Notes under the pieces: generated by a model | The model's database searches: none | The model's input: the letters and a program-made list of their open reading frames with translations, nothing else | Told to the model about the DNA's origin: nothing | Program-made: the position numbers and the translations under genes | Part shown: in pieces, positions 20,601 through 29,857 of the stretch | Position numbering within the stretch: the first letter of the stretch is position 1 | How the letters are laid out: each line of letters starts with the position of its first letter | Assembly (NCBI GenBank): GCA_025360605.1 | Contig: JANYBV010000057.1 | Location: 2,033 to 66,032, forward strand | Source of the DNA: Alphaproteobacteria bacterium | GTDB taxonomy: Bacteria; Pseudomonadota; Alphaproteobacteria; Rickettsiales; SXRF01 | Reading direction: 5' to 3' | DNA: 64,000 nucleotides

Positions 20601-20879
20601 TCAACAGGACACGGTTCGGAGTTGCGCCAGCCGCTGGGGGTTACTATTATCGGCGGGCTTCTGGTGTCACAGATGCTTACGTTGTATACGACGCCGGTGG
20701 TGTATCTGGCGCTGGAAAAATGCAAGCGACGTCTGAGTGCGTATCCGGTATGGATACGGATGATAGCTATTGTTGCCATTATCGCTGGTGTGATCCTGTC
20801 AGTGATCCTCACGGTGATGGCGATTATTTATGCGGGCAATGCAGTGTCAGGTTTGTTTAGTAGTAAGGGTGTGTCATGA
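17649..20879 (+). CDS. mdtC: RND permease MdtC-like
   Basis: Second paralog coupled by ATGA overlap; LPVAPLPRVDFP, GFVVDDAIV, GIVKKNGI. Confidence 0.9.
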   Translation: MSLSELFIRRPVGTTLLALGIFLSGAMAFMYLPVAPLPRVDFPIVNVSAKLPGADPTTMAATVASPLERRLGQIAGVSELTSVSTQGNTNVTAMFDFDREIEGAARDVQAAINTSGTDLPVDLPNPPTYRKLNPSDAPILILAVTSSVLPLSKLYDASDAILSQRISQIEGVADVTVNGADKPAVRVQVNPQALAATGLDLEDVRSILFKANVDQAKGGFEGLLQSNIIGSNDQLTKASQYAPLIVNSSAGNVLRLSDIAIVRDSVENNRQGGWYNLGKAVIIIIRKQADANVIETVERIKSILPQLEAWMPKGSTLSILADRTQTIRASVHDVEVTLVISVILVVLVVLFALGRFTPTLAACITVPLSLAATFSVMWLLGYSLDNISLMALTVSVGFVVDDAIVMIENITRHVEAGDPPLEAAIKGAKEISFTVISISISLIAVFIPLLFMGGIIGRMFREFSVTLSVAVAVSLLISLTVTPTLYAHLMVWRRKHGHPTKTVAHMGERLFDAMQRVYEKGLTWALARERFMLLVMMATIVLTILMYYGSPKGFIPQQDTGMVMGTSEARIDVSSKQMINKQMEANAIVLADPAVESLASFIGAGRGPNTQNQGSMFITLKPLKERKISADAVIGRLRPKLAKVEGIDTFLQAAQDLRAGGRASKAQFQYTLSDESLDELRIWMPKLIKRLKEEPGITDVSSDQDSAGQQLNVVVDRDKAARLGVSMQSVDNILQDAFAQRQVSTIYTERNQYHVVMELLPQYLENENALDHVFIKSSNGKLVRLNEIAHMEPDVTPVSVLHQGQFPAATLTFNLPAGMSLGDAVDRVNAIALEIGMPPSIHGGFAGNAKAFADSLKNEPILIGAGLLSIYIVLGVLYESLLHPLTILSTLPSAGIGALIALRFASKFDTTGRFDLNIISVIGIILLMGIVKKNGIILVDFAIEAERREKLTPAQSIALACHHRFRPIMMTTMAALLGALPLVMSTGHGSELRQPLGVTIIGGLLVSQMLTLYTTPVVYLALEKCKRRLSAYPVWIRMIAIVAIIAGVILSVILTVMAIIYAGNAVSGLFSSKGVS

Positions 20880-22273
20880 GTTCTAAAATAGCCGTTGTCA
20901 TCGCGTTGCTTCTTCCGCTGAGTGCCTGTGCTTTATGGAATGATTTCGAGCGTCCTGAAACAGAAGCTCCCACCGCATGGAAAGTGGATGCCGATAAGGA
21001 TGCGAAGGCGCAGTGGCCGGATAACCAGTGGTGGGACAGCTTTAAATCGCCACAACTTTCCAAACAGATCGAACAGGCGGTGAACGAAAACTTTGACATG
21101 AAGGCTGCCATCGCACGCGTGCAACAGGCAGACGCGCAGGCGCAGATTAATGGCGCGGCCCTGCTTCCGAAACTGGATGGTTCAGGCTCAGCCGAGCGCA
21201 ACCGTTCGGCCGGTACGAAAACCACAAGGCCACGTCTGGCCAATGCCTATAACGGCAATCTCACGGCGGCGTATGAGCTGGATTTCTGGGGTAAGAACAA
21301 GGCGGCGGATGAATCGGCGCAGGCTCTGGCGGATGCCAGCCGCTTTGCACAGGAAACGGTGCGCCTGACGACGCTGGCTTCGGTGGCGAATACCTATTTT
21401 GATATTCTGGGCACGAAGGAGCGCCTGAAAGTGGCGCGTGAAAACCTGAAAAATGCCGAAACGCTGATGGATACGATCCGCAAACGTTTCAAGGTAGGGG
21501 TGGCGACCGCGCTTGATCTTGCCCAGCAGGAAAGTGTCGTGGCTACCCAGCGTGCTACCATTCCTCCACTTGAGCAGCGGTTACAGCAATTGCTGGATGC
21601 GCAGGCGATCTTGCTGGCGACGATGCCGGAAAAGATTGAACTGCCCGACAGCGACCTCAAGGACATTACGCTGCCGACGGTGGTGTCGGGGTTGCCATCC
21701 GAATTATTGCAGCGCCGTCCCGATGTGCAGAATGCCGAAGCGCAGCTTGCCTCGGCCCATGCTGATATCATCAACGCGCGCGCTGCCTTTTTCCCCAGCA
21801 TCCAGCTGACGGCGACAGGCGGTTACCAGAGCGCGGCATTGTCGCAGCTTTTCCGCCCTGACAGCATGTTATGGTCGGCAGCAAGCTCATTGACCCAGCC
21901 TATTTTTGAAGGCGGCCGCCTGCGCGGAGCGCTGGACGTGAAAAAAGCCCGTTATGATGAGCTGCTGGCGGATTACCGTAAATCGGTTGTCTCTGCGTTT
22001 TCGGATGTGGAGGATGCGCTGGTAGGGGTAAAACAGACGTCTGCCGAGGAAGAGGTGCAGCAACTGGCGGTGAAGACCGCCCGCAACGCCTATGGGTTGA
22101 CTCAACAACAGCTTAAGGGCGGCATCATCGATATCACCACGGTGCTGAACACCCAGCGTACGCTATTCTCGGCGGAAGACGCGCTGGTGCAGTCACGCAT
22201 ATCGCACTTACAGGCGATGGTAAGTCTCTATAAAGCACTCGGTGGTGGCTGGAAAGTAGCGGCTGCACAATAA
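20876..22273 (+). CDS. Efflux outer membrane factor lipoprotein (NodT/OprM family)
   Basis: Lipobox LSAC, YELDFWG, PSELLQRRPDV, LYKALGGGW. Confidence 0.92.
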   Translation: MSSKIAVVIALLLPLSACALWNDFERPETEAPTAWKVDADKDAKAQWPDNQWWDSFKSPQLSKQIEQAVNENFDMKAAIARVQQADAQAQINGAALLPKLDGSGSAERNRSAGTKTTRPRLANAYNGNLTAAYELDFWGKNKAADESAQALADASRFAQETVRLTTLASVANTYFDILGTKERLKVARENLKNAETLMDTIRKRFKVGVATALDLAQQESVVATQRATIPPLEQRLQQLLDAQAILLATMPEKIELPDSDLKDITLPTVVSGLPSELLQRRPDVQNAEAQLASAHADIINARAAFFPSIQLTATGGYQSAALSQLFRPDSMLWSAASSLTQPIFEGGRLRGALDVKKARYDELLADYRKSVVSAFSDVEDALVGVKQTSAEEEVQQLAVKTARNAYGLTQQQLKGGIIDITTVLNTQRTLFSAEDALVQSRISHLQAMVSLYKALGGGWKVAAAQ

Positions 22274-22308
22274 AAAACCGCCCGCTACAGTGATGTAAGC
22301 GGGCGGTT
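22272..22308 (-). terminator. Intrinsic terminator after dksA (possibly bidirectional)
   Basis: AACCGCCCGCT/AGCGGGCGGTT inverted repeat with A-run on its left (U-tail on minus strand). Confidence 0.75.
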
Positions 22309-22332
22309 GATAACCAGAGTTAAGAGTAATGC

Positions 22333-22752
22333 TTACTCTTCGTCGATATATTGTTTTTCCATACGCTCGTGACGTTCCTGAGCCTCGATGGTCATGGTAG
22401 CGATAGGGCGGGCTTCCAAGCGCTTGATGCCGATAGGTTCGCCGGTTTCTTCGCAGTAACCATACGTGCCGTCTTCGATGCGCTTGAGGGCGGCATCGAT
22501 CTTGCCGATCAGTTTCAGGTAACGGTTGCGGGTACGCAATTCAACACCGGCTTCGGTTTCCAGCGATGCGCGATCGGATAGATCAGGCTCGCGCCAGTTT
22601 TCCTCTTTGAGGTTGTTAATGGTTTCTTGCGATTCAGCGAGTAATTCGTCGCGCCATGTGACGAGCTTGTTGCGGAAGTATTCCAGCTGCTTATCGTTCA
22701 TGTACTTTTCGGATTCGGTAGGCTGGTAATTTTTAGCAGGTTTAGCGGTCAT
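22333..22752 (-). CDS. dksA: RNA polymerase-binding factor DksA (single-Cys alphaproteobacterial type)
   Basis: YMNDKQLEYFR, PDLSDRASLE, YGYCEETGEPIG..RLEARP. Confidence 0.95.
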   Translation of the reverse strand: MTAKPAKNYQPTESEKYMNDKQLEYFRNKLVTWRDELLAESQETINNLKEENWREPDLSDRASLETEAGVELRTRNRYLKLIGKIDAALKRIEDGTYGYCEETGEPIGIKRLEARPIATMTIEAQERHERMEKQYIDEE

Positions 22753-22866
22753 TCGAACCTCAACTTTCACGCAAAAGTTAAAGAATTAATAAAAACGAGA
22801 GAGGGGCTGTATAGCTAAATAAGGGGGAAAAAGCAATCATTACTTCGATCTGGTGCAGACCTGCAT

Positions 22867-23310
22867 CTACCACGTGTTTTTCATATATTGCCGTAATTTA
22901 GCGGCTTCTACGGCGGCACGCAGTTCAATTTCAGAAATAATTTCAAGCAATTTGGGGTCGTCTACGGCTTGCTTTTGCGTGGCGATTTCCTGCTCGATAT
23001 TTCTTAACGTCTGGAAGGTGATAGGCCCCATGAGCAGCTGCCTATGAAGTTTATCAAGCGTATCCAGCATGTTATTGCCCTGCTGGAGTAATTTTTTGCG
23101 GTTGAGATATTCCTCCGGCACTTCCTGTAGGGCGAGCAGGCTGCTCATGGCGGCAGGAGCTATAACGTCGCTGGCGGCAGCGGTCTGGTTGGCCTCGGCG
23201 GTATCCTCGCTGGCGGCGAGCAGCTCGGCAAAATTACCAGCCGTAGATACACCTTTGCGCTTGCTGGTGCCGCTGGTTGAGCCGATAGAGCCAAATCCGT
23301 CAATTTTCAT
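22867..23310 (-). CDS. fliX: Flagellar regulator FliX
   Basis: MKIDG..., LLALQE, LD.L...LL.G, EIELRAAVEAAK; divergent from flgI and upstream of dksA as in Caulobacter. Confidence 0.85.
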   Translation of the reverse strand: MKIDGFGSIGSTSGTSKRKGVSTAGNFAELLAASEDTAEANQTAAASDVIAPAAMSSLLALQEVPEEYLNRKKLLQQGNNMLDTLDKLHRQLLMGPITFQTLRNIEQEIATQKQAVDDPKLLEIISEIELRAAVEAAKLRQYMKNTW

Positions 23311-23418
23311 AGGGAAACACTTTAGGTGATACTGCCTATCCATAATAAACCTTGGGTATAGATACACAAGGCGTTTTCGTTTATTTTTTTACATTTTCTC
23401 TTTGATTTTCTGGCACAA

Positions 23419-23431
23419 GGCAAAAAATGCC
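23419..23431. promoter_or_regulatory. Putative FlbD enhancer (ftr-like) site
   Basis: GGC-N7-GCC palindrome GGCAAAAAATGCC about 110 bp upstream of the flgI sigma54 site. Confidence 0.5.
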
Positions 23432-23537
23432 GACCATCATAAACCCTCGGGGAAAATCGCTATTTATGAAGATGGATGCCCATGGCGGTAATGGAATATA
23501 AGGCTGTATTCCAAAGATCTTTTTGAACCCGTCCTGT

Positions 23538-23553
23538 TGGCACAGGAATCGCT
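23538..23553 (+). promoter_or_regulatory. Sigma54 promoter of the flgI operon
   Basis: TGGCACAGGAATCGCT, GG-N10-GC. Confidence 0.7.
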
Positions 23554-23587
23554 TAGCATATAGGCAAAGAATATATGGGGGCGATGT

Positions 23588-24838
23588 ATGCCGAAACAAA
23601 CGACCATGACAGAGGCAACGAAGCTATGGCGCAGCAGCACTGGACGCGCGCCTGTTTCGGTGGCAAAAAAAGCGTCCGTCGATGTGGCATGGACCGCTTA
23701 CCAGTTTATTTACCTGACCATCATCTTCGCACTCGTTCTTGGCTACTATCTGCTGGCCTTTGCCGATGATGCCCGCGCCGATGCCCGCATCAAGGACATC
23801 GTGACCTTCGAAGGCGTGCGCGACAACATGCTGATGGGGTATGGGCTGGTGGTTGGGTTGAACGGCACCGGTGACAAGCTGACCAATAACGCCTTCACCG
23901 AACAAAGCCTGATTGCCTTTTTAGAAAGGCAGGGGGTTAATACTCGCGGTACGTCACTCAAAACCAAAAACGTGGCTGCTGTTACGATTACTGCCCGCTT
24001 GCACGCTTTCGCCCGCAGCGGTTCGCAAATTGACGTGACTGTCAGTGCCATGGGTGATGCCAAGGATTTAAGCGGCGGCACGCTGCTTGCCACACCTTTA
24101 TACGGTGCAGACGGGGATGTGTACGCTGTAGCACAGGGACAGATTTCTATTGGCGGCTTCAAGGCTGGCAGTGATTCGGCGGGTGTTACCGTGACCAAAG
24201 GTGTGCCTACCTCGGGATTTATTTCCAATGGCGGCATTGTGGAAAAAGAAATCAACTTTGCACTGAACGATCTGCCTGAACTCAAAATGGCGCTGCGCAA
24301 TCCTGATATTACAACCGCACAGTCCGTTGCGGCGGTGATTAATGAACAGGTCGGCCCAGGGCTGGCGGCGGTGACTGATCCGGGGACAGTGACGCTTTCG
24401 GTTCCGGGGGCGTACCATAATAATGTCACCTTATTGCTGGCGGATATTGAAAAGCTGTCCGTGCCCACCGATCAGGTGGCCCGAATCATCATCGATGAAT
24501 CTTCCGGTACCATCGTGATGGGTGAGAATGTACGCATTGACACCGTGGCGGTATCGCAGGGCAACCTGACGGTTAAGGTCGAGGAAACACAGGCTGTGTC
24601 GCAACCTTCAGGTTTTGCACCTGAAAGCGCGCAGACGGCGGTCACCACGCAGGCCAGTGTTACTGTCGATCAGGGGGCAGGCCCAGGCAAGCGCATGGCG
24701 GTGATGCAACGCGGGGCAACGCTTAAGGATCTGGTGGCAGGGCTGAACGCGCTCGGCGTCGGGCCGCGTGACCTCATCACTATTTTACAAAACATCAAAG
24801 CAGCCGGCGCATTGCAGGCTGATATCCAGACAAGGTAA
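23588..24838 (+). CDS. flgI: Flagellar P-ring protein
   Basis: ARIKD..., GYGLVVGLNGTGD, LQNIKAAGALQA; long signal n-region, start uncertain. Confidence 0.95.
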   Translation: MPKQTTMTEATKLWRSSTGRAPVSVAKKASVDVAWTAYQFIYLTIIFALVLGYYLLAFADDARADARIKDIVTFEGVRDNMLMGYGLVVGLNGTGDKLTNNAFTEQSLIAFLERQGVNTRGTSLKTKNVAAVTITARLHAFARSGSQIDVTVSAMGDAKDLSGGTLLATPLYGADGDVYAVAQGQISIGGFKAGSDSAGVTVTKGVPTSGFISNGGIVEKEINFALNDLPELKMALRNPDITTAQSVAAVINEQVGPGLAAVTDPGTVTLSVPGAYHNNVTLLLADIEKLSVPTDQVARIIIDESSGTIVMGENVRIDTVAVSQGNLTVKVEETQAVSQPSGFAPESAQTAVTTQASVTVDQGAGPGKRMAVMQRGATLKDLVAGLNALGVGPRDLITILQNIKAAGALQADIQTR

Positions 24839-24841
24839 TTC

Positions 24842-25186
24842 ATGGCAGCGATCGATAGTTATTCTGCATTGGTTGCAAAGAGTTCCGTTAGCAGTACGGA
24901 CGCGGGTGCCTCCTTGAGTTCGGCGGTAATAGCGGCAAAATATAGCAAAATGACACCGGAAAAAGCCGAGGGTGCTGCTAAGGACTTTGAATCCATGTTC
25001 ATGAGCCAGATGCTGGAGCAGATGTTTGGTGAATCCTCCGGCGAAGAAGCTTTTGGCGATAGCGATACCAATGATGTCTATAAAAGTTTGCTTATGGATC
25101 AATATGGTAAGGTCATTTCACGCTCTGGTGGCATAGGAATTGCATCGTTTGTTAAACGGGAACTTCTGAAACAACAGGAAGTATGA
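24842..25186 (+). CDS. flgJ: FlgJ-like rod-binding protein without muramidase domain
   Basis: AAKDFESMFMSQML..MF, GGIGIA; follows flgI. Confidence 0.8.
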   Translation: MAAIDSYSALVAKSSVSSTDAGASLSSAVIAAKYSKMTPEKAEGAAKDFESMFMSQMLEQMFGESSGEEAFGDSDTNDVYKSLLMDQYGKVISRSGGIGIASFVKRELLKQQEV

Positions 25187-25638
25187 ATATGAGCATGCAA
25201 CAAAGCCAACCCGGTACCCAGCTTAAGATCAAAGATACCATCACGCTGACCGCCCGCCTTGCCCAGCTTTTAGCCGAAGAAGTCGACTTGTTGGGTGACA
25301 TGAAAGTGTCGCGGATTGAAGCGCTCCAGCAGGAAAAAATATTCATTACCAATGCACTGGAGGCGCAGCGCAAACTGGTCGACAAGCATCCCTACCTTCT
25401 GGAAACCATTCCCTCGCAGGACAAGCATGATCTGGAGGAGGTGGTCAATGTATTCAATGACATCCTTCAGGAAAATCATCGCAAGCTAATGGTGGCCAAG
25501 GAAATTAACCATAAGATCGTTCAGGCGATCAAGGCCGTTGTGAAGGACCAGAGTATGAGTCGGGTGTATGACGGTAAAGGTTATACCGGTAACCAGCCCT
25601 ATGTAACGCTTTCGGTGACTTTAAATAAGAAAGTTTAG
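25183..25638 (+). CDS. FlgN-like export chaperone
   Basis: Helical, L..LL.EE..LL.....I..LQ.EK pattern; precedes flgK. Confidence 0.6.
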   Translation: MNMSMQQSQPGTQLKIKDTITLTARLAQLLAEEVDLLGDMKVSRIEALQQEKIFITNALEAQRKLVDKHPYLLETIPSQDKHDLEEVVNVFNDILQENHRKLMVAKEINHKIVQAIKAVVKDQSMSRVYDGKGYTGNQPYVTLSVTLNKKV

Positions 25639-25647
25639 GAGCTTGGA

Positions 25648-28380
25648 ATGAGCGTATCGATTGCTTTAAATAATGCGCTTACCGGCCTGAATGTGAATCA
25701 GCAGGCGCTGACTGTATTGTCGCAGAATATTGCCAATGCGAACACGCCCGGTTACAGCAAGCAGTCGATTAATCAGCAGTCGGTTACTATTAATGGTCAG
25801 GGCGAGGGCGTTAGCATTCAAAGTGTGACGCGTAAAGTAGACGAATATCTTGTCAGGGCGGCGCAGGATCAGACATCGCAAGTCGGGCAGGCCAGCACTC
25901 TTAATGACTACTATACGAAGATTCAGCTGCTGCTTGGTTCCCCTGGCAATAAAAACAGTATCGATTCGTATGTGAATACCTTTTTTAATTCAATCCAGTC
26001 ACTGGTACTCACACCGGATAATACCACCTTACAGCAGTCAGTCGTCAACGGCGGTATTGCGGTCGCCAAGCAGTTTAATCAATTGGCGCAGGGGTTGAAC
26101 GGGCTTCAGTTTCAAGCCGATCAGGATATTACCTCCGCTATCAACACGGTAAATATCGACCTAAAAAATGTCTTCAATCTAAATAAAAATATTGCTCAGG
26201 ACACGGCTCTTGGCAGGTCGGTGGCTGATCTGGAAGATCAGCGTGATAATCTGATTAGAGATATTTCTAGTTACGTGAGTGTTAAATCATTCAAGAAGTC
26301 TGATGGTTCTATCTTCCTGACGACATCGAACGGTATCAGCATGCTTGATAGCAACCTTTACCAGATGTCCTATTCGCCGGCTACATCCGCTGACAGCTTC
26401 GGGCGTGATTCGGTCGTGTCGCCGATTACGCTGTCACCCGTGGATCAGCAGGGTACTATTATCGGAACCACCACAAACCTGACCACCAGCGGACCGCCTT
26501 CTCAGGTTACCACCGTTTTGGATAATGGTAAGTTATTCTCTTTATTAAACCTGCGCGATAAAGACATTCCGAACATCAACAGCCAGTTGGATTCTGTTGC
26601 CGCCAACCTGCGCGATCAATTTAATGCGGTTCATAATGCCGGTAGCGGTTATCCTGGCACCAACACACTAACGGGTACGCGTTCGGTGAATGCGTCCGAC
26701 TACAGCGAATGGAGCGGCAAGGTCCGCATTGCCCTGTTGGATACCAATGGTCAACCGGTGCAGTCTGTTTACTCTGATGAAACTTATGGCCAGCAGTCGT
26801 TAAACCTTGATTTATCGAAGCTGGATTCTGGTAATGGTCCGGGCTCTCCCAGCGTGCAGGGTATCATCAATGCGATCAACCAGTATTACGGTGGGGCGCA
26901 GAATAAAGTCGAGCTGGGTAACCTCAATAACGTGCAGTTGATTTCGGACAACTCTATGCTACCGAACGCAGCAGCCGATTTTAAGTTCGACTTTAACCTG
27001 AATAATATTTCGTCGAAATCGTCGAATGTTTATGTGACGGGCGTTACCGTGCAGGACAATCTGGGCGTTACGATGCCAACCACGTCTACCATTCCGTCCT
27101 TTACGCTTAATGCGGCCAATACCTACGTGACAACGGCAGCCAGTAGTACGGTTACGGTCAATACCACACAGACGAACAATCTTGTGAATGGCCAGATTAT
27201 CTTTCTGTCCACACCTCCGGCAGGTCCAGTGGCGGGCACATATGACGGTATTAACCCTAGTGCATTAGGTGGCTATTTCAGGGTGTCTAACGTAACGCCA
27301 ACCAGTTTCGATATTGGTGTAACGAATGCGGCGATTATCGGAACCAATTATGGTGTGGCGGGGCAGACGGCTAACCCATCGTATGCGACAGCGCCAGCAG
27401 GAGGCGATACGAGAACCAAAAGCAATGGGTCGGTTACTGCCGACCTGAGTGCTAACTCCGGCGCTGCTTTTTATACGGTTACTGCCAACGTCGGAGTTGA
27501 CGATGGTTCTGGAAATGTGGTGACTTCGCAAATCAGCTATCGGATCAATAACAATCAGCCTTCAGCACTCGGTCTGGCGTATGGCGGCTTAAGTGCTAAC
27601 GGTGCCGGTACTGTGATAAATCCATCCACTTATGCCCAGCGGGTAACCGCTAAACTTGTGGACGCCAATGGTGTTGAGCTGGGTAAGGTTAATGGACAAT
27701 ATGTGGTTTCGCAAAATGGCTTTCTGCAGATTCAGGCCGGTGATTCAAAGATGTTTCTGGCCATTGACAGCCTTGATAGCAAAGAGCTGGGAAAGCCGAA
27801 TGCGTCCCCGTCGGTTGCTGGGACCAATCGTGGATTTTCACATTATTTTGACCTGAACGATTTTTTTACGAGTAATGCGCCGACCAGCACTGGCGACGCG
27901 GTGACCGGCAGTGCTAACAAGCTAACCGTTGCAAGCCGCATTCAGGCCAATAACAGTCTTCTTAGTCTTGGCACATTATCTCTCGGCAATAGTTCCGTCG
28001 TGACGGGGACATCTCCCAATTATACCTACCAGTTGACTCCGGGTGATAACAGCACCGTAGCGAAGCTTGCCGCAGTCGCAAACCAGTCTATCATATTTTC
28101 TCCGGCTGGCGGGTTAGGGGCCACTACTCAAACACTGAGTGGCTATATCGGTCAGGTGATTGGCGGAATCGCAACTAACGCCAGCACCTCTTCAACTGGC
28201 AGCGCTAATGCGCAGGCATTGCTGGATAGCTACAAGCAGCAAAGTTCTGCCGTTAGCGGCGTTAATCTGGATACGGAGCTGGCTAATACGGTGATCTACC
28301 AGAACGCGTACGCTGCCTCGGCACGTATTATTACGGTAACCAATCAGTTGTTTGATTCTTTATTACAGTCAATCCAATAG
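25648..28380 (+). CDS. flgK: Hook-associated protein FlgK (910 aa, large insertions)
   Basis: SQNIANANTPGYSKQ at N-terminus; SGVNLDTELAN...QNAYAASARII at C-terminus. Confidence 0.93.
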   Translation: MSVSIALNNALTGLNVNQQALTVLSQNIANANTPGYSKQSINQQSVTINGQGEGVSIQSVTRKVDEYLVRAAQDQTSQVGQASTLNDYYTKIQLLLGSPGNKNSIDSYVNTFFNSIQSLVLTPDNTTLQQSVVNGGIAVAKQFNQLAQGLNGLQFQADQDITSAINTVNIDLKNVFNLNKNIAQDTALGRSVADLEDQRDNLIRDISSYVSVKSFKKSDGSIFLTTSNGISMLDSNLYQMSYSPATSADSFGRDSVVSPITLSPVDQQGTIIGTTTNLTTSGPPSQVTTVLDNGKLFSLLNLRDKDIPNINSQLDSVAANLRDQFNAVHNAGSGYPGTNTLTGTRSVNASDYSEWSGKVRIALLDTNGQPVQSVYSDETYGQQSLNLDLSKLDSGNGPGSPSVQGIINAINQYYGGAQNKVELGNLNNVQLISDNSMLPNAAADFKFDFNLNNISSKSSNVYVTGVTVQDNLGVTMPTTSTIPSFTLNAANTYVTTAASSTVTVNTTQTNNLVNGQIIFLSTPPAGPVAGTYDGINPSALGGYFRVSNVTPTSFDIGVTNAAIIGTNYGVAGQTANPSYATAPAGGDTRTKSNGSVTADLSANSGAAFYTVTANVGVDDGSGNVVTSQISYRINNNQPSALGLAYGGLSANGAGTVINPSTYAQRVTAKLVDANGVELGKVNGQYVVSQNGFLQIQAGDSKMFLAIDSLDSKELGKPNASPSVAGTNRGFSHYFDLNDFFTSNAPTSTGDAVTGSANKLTVASRIQANNSLLSLGTLSLGNSSVVTGTSPNYTYQLTPGDNSTVAKLAAVANQSIIFSPAGGLGATTQTLSGYIGQVIGGIATNASTSSTGSANAQALLDSYKQQSSAVSGVNLDTELANTVIYQNAYAASARIITVTNQLFDSLLQSIQ

Positions 28381-28409
28381 GCATTCGAGATGAATAGCAG
28401 GAGAAATTT

Positions 28410-29318
28410 ATGTCGGTAAGTCCAATAAGTACCTATTCAGCGGTCCAGTCGACACTGAACGATGTAAGCAAGGTGGTTGCCAACTTACAGCAGGAACAGG
28501 AGCAGGTTTCCAGCGGCAATGCGTCTCAGGATTTTTCTGGTATGAGTAGTCAGGTACAGCAGTATCTTTCGCTTGACGCCGTGTTGTCGAAGACCGACCA
28601 GTATCTCAACAACAATAAAATTATTGAAACCCGTATCAACTCAACCAGCAGTGCCTTGTCGGGCATTGTCAGCAGCGCGACGGATCTGCAGAACCTGATA
28701 TCGCAGCGACGTACAGGTGTCGCTAATTCCGCGGCTTTTGGCATCCAGTTGCAGGGGATATTCCAGCAGTTGGCAGGTCAGTTAAATACCTCGATTGACA
28801 ATCATTTTCTGTTCAGCGGCTCTAAAGTTAACACTCCCGCCATTGACGCCAGCGTATTTCCTACGATTCAGGTATCCGGTGTGCCTGATAAGGGATACTA
28901 TCTCGGTAATAGCAAGGATCTCATTGCCAGCCCGCAGGACAATGTATCCGTGGCGTATAATGTGCCCGGTGATTCGTTGGGATTCCAGAACATCATAGCG
29001 GGGCTTGCCACTGCCAAGGATGGCGATGCCACCAACAGTGATATCAAGCTGAAGAACGCCTATGATCTTGTGCAAAAAGGTATACAGCAGGTGATCAATG
29101 CGCAGGCCACTGTAAATGGAAACAAAGTGCTTTTCAGCACATCCGATACGTATCTGCAAAACAGCAAATTATACTATCAGGGCATCCAGCAGAGTATTGG
29201 CAATACCGACCTTGTTTCCGTTTCGACGCAGGTCGCGACGAATCAAGGAATTTTACAGGCGGCATTTTCTGTGTATGCAAAAATCAGTGCGCTACGACTA
29301 TCAGACTATTTAAAGTAA
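28410..29318 (+). CDS. flgL: Hook-associated protein FlgL
   Basis: QVSSG, LNT...FLFSGS, C-terminal LRLSDYLK; follows flgK. Confidence 0.88.
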   Translation: MSVSPISTYSAVQSTLNDVSKVVANLQQEQEQVSSGNASQDFSGMSSQVQQYLSLDAVLSKTDQYLNNNKIIETRINSTSSALSGIVSSATDLQNLISQRRTGVANSAAFGIQLQGIFQQLAGQLNTSIDNHFLFSGSKVNTPAIDASVFPTIQVSGVPDKGYYLGNSKDLIASPQDNVSVAYNVPGDSLGFQNIIAGLATAKDGDATNSDIKLKNAYDLVQKGIQQVINAQATVNGNKVLFSTSDTYLQNSKLYYQGIQQSIGNTDLVSVSTQVATNQGILQAAFSVYAKISALRLSDYLK

Positions 29319-29380
29319 ATTAACCATGCTATGGTATCTTGTTTTTGAGATACGGTTATGGCAGACAGAGGAAGGTAATT

Positions 29381-29857
29381 ATGCTAAATCAGACAGCACA
29401 CATAACTGCAGTAACTACAATGTCGACCATGATAGAGACGATCAAGACGCGCTTTGGCGATGTAAGCGTGGATACCAGCAAGACAATCATGTTTCCTCTT
29501 GGGTTGCTTGGTATGCCGGAGCGTTTTCACTTCGTCGTCACCAGCTTTCCTAATCCGAAGATGCAGCAATTCATGTTGCTTCAGTCTCTGGATGATAAAA
29601 ACCTCTCCTTTATTACACTGCCGCTGGATAGTAAAAACAGCATCATAGCACCCGATGACATTAAAATTGCGTGCAGGGACATGCAGATGGATGAAGCGAA
29701 TGTTGCAACCCTTCTGATTGTATCGGTGCACCGTAACCTTGACGGGGTACGTTTGTCGGTGAATGCCCGCGCTCCGCTTCTGGTGGATGCCGGACAGAAA
29801 ATCGGCGCACAGTATGTCTTTCAAAACGATCAGTATAAAGTACAACACATGCTATAA
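29381..29857 (+). CDS. fliW: Flagellar assembly factor FliW
   Basis: KTRFG, I.FPLGLLG, LLQSLDD..LSFI, NARAPL...G.Q; GGAAGG before ATG 29381. Confidence 0.88.
   Translation: MLNQTAHITAVTTMSTMIETIKTRFGDVSVDTSKTIMFPLGLLGMPERFHFVVTSFPNPKMQQFMLLQSLDDKNLSFITLPLDSKNSIIAPDDIKIACRDMQMDEANVATLLIVSVHRNLDGVRLSVNARAPLLVDAGQKIGAQYVFQNDQYKVQHML

Noticed and set aside
22287-22297. ATGTA inside the dksA terminator
   Set aside because: TGTA pairs with TACA around a GTGA loop, so it is not a pentaloop
23411-23426. TGGCAC resembling a sigma54 -24 box
   Set aside because: No GC at the -12 position
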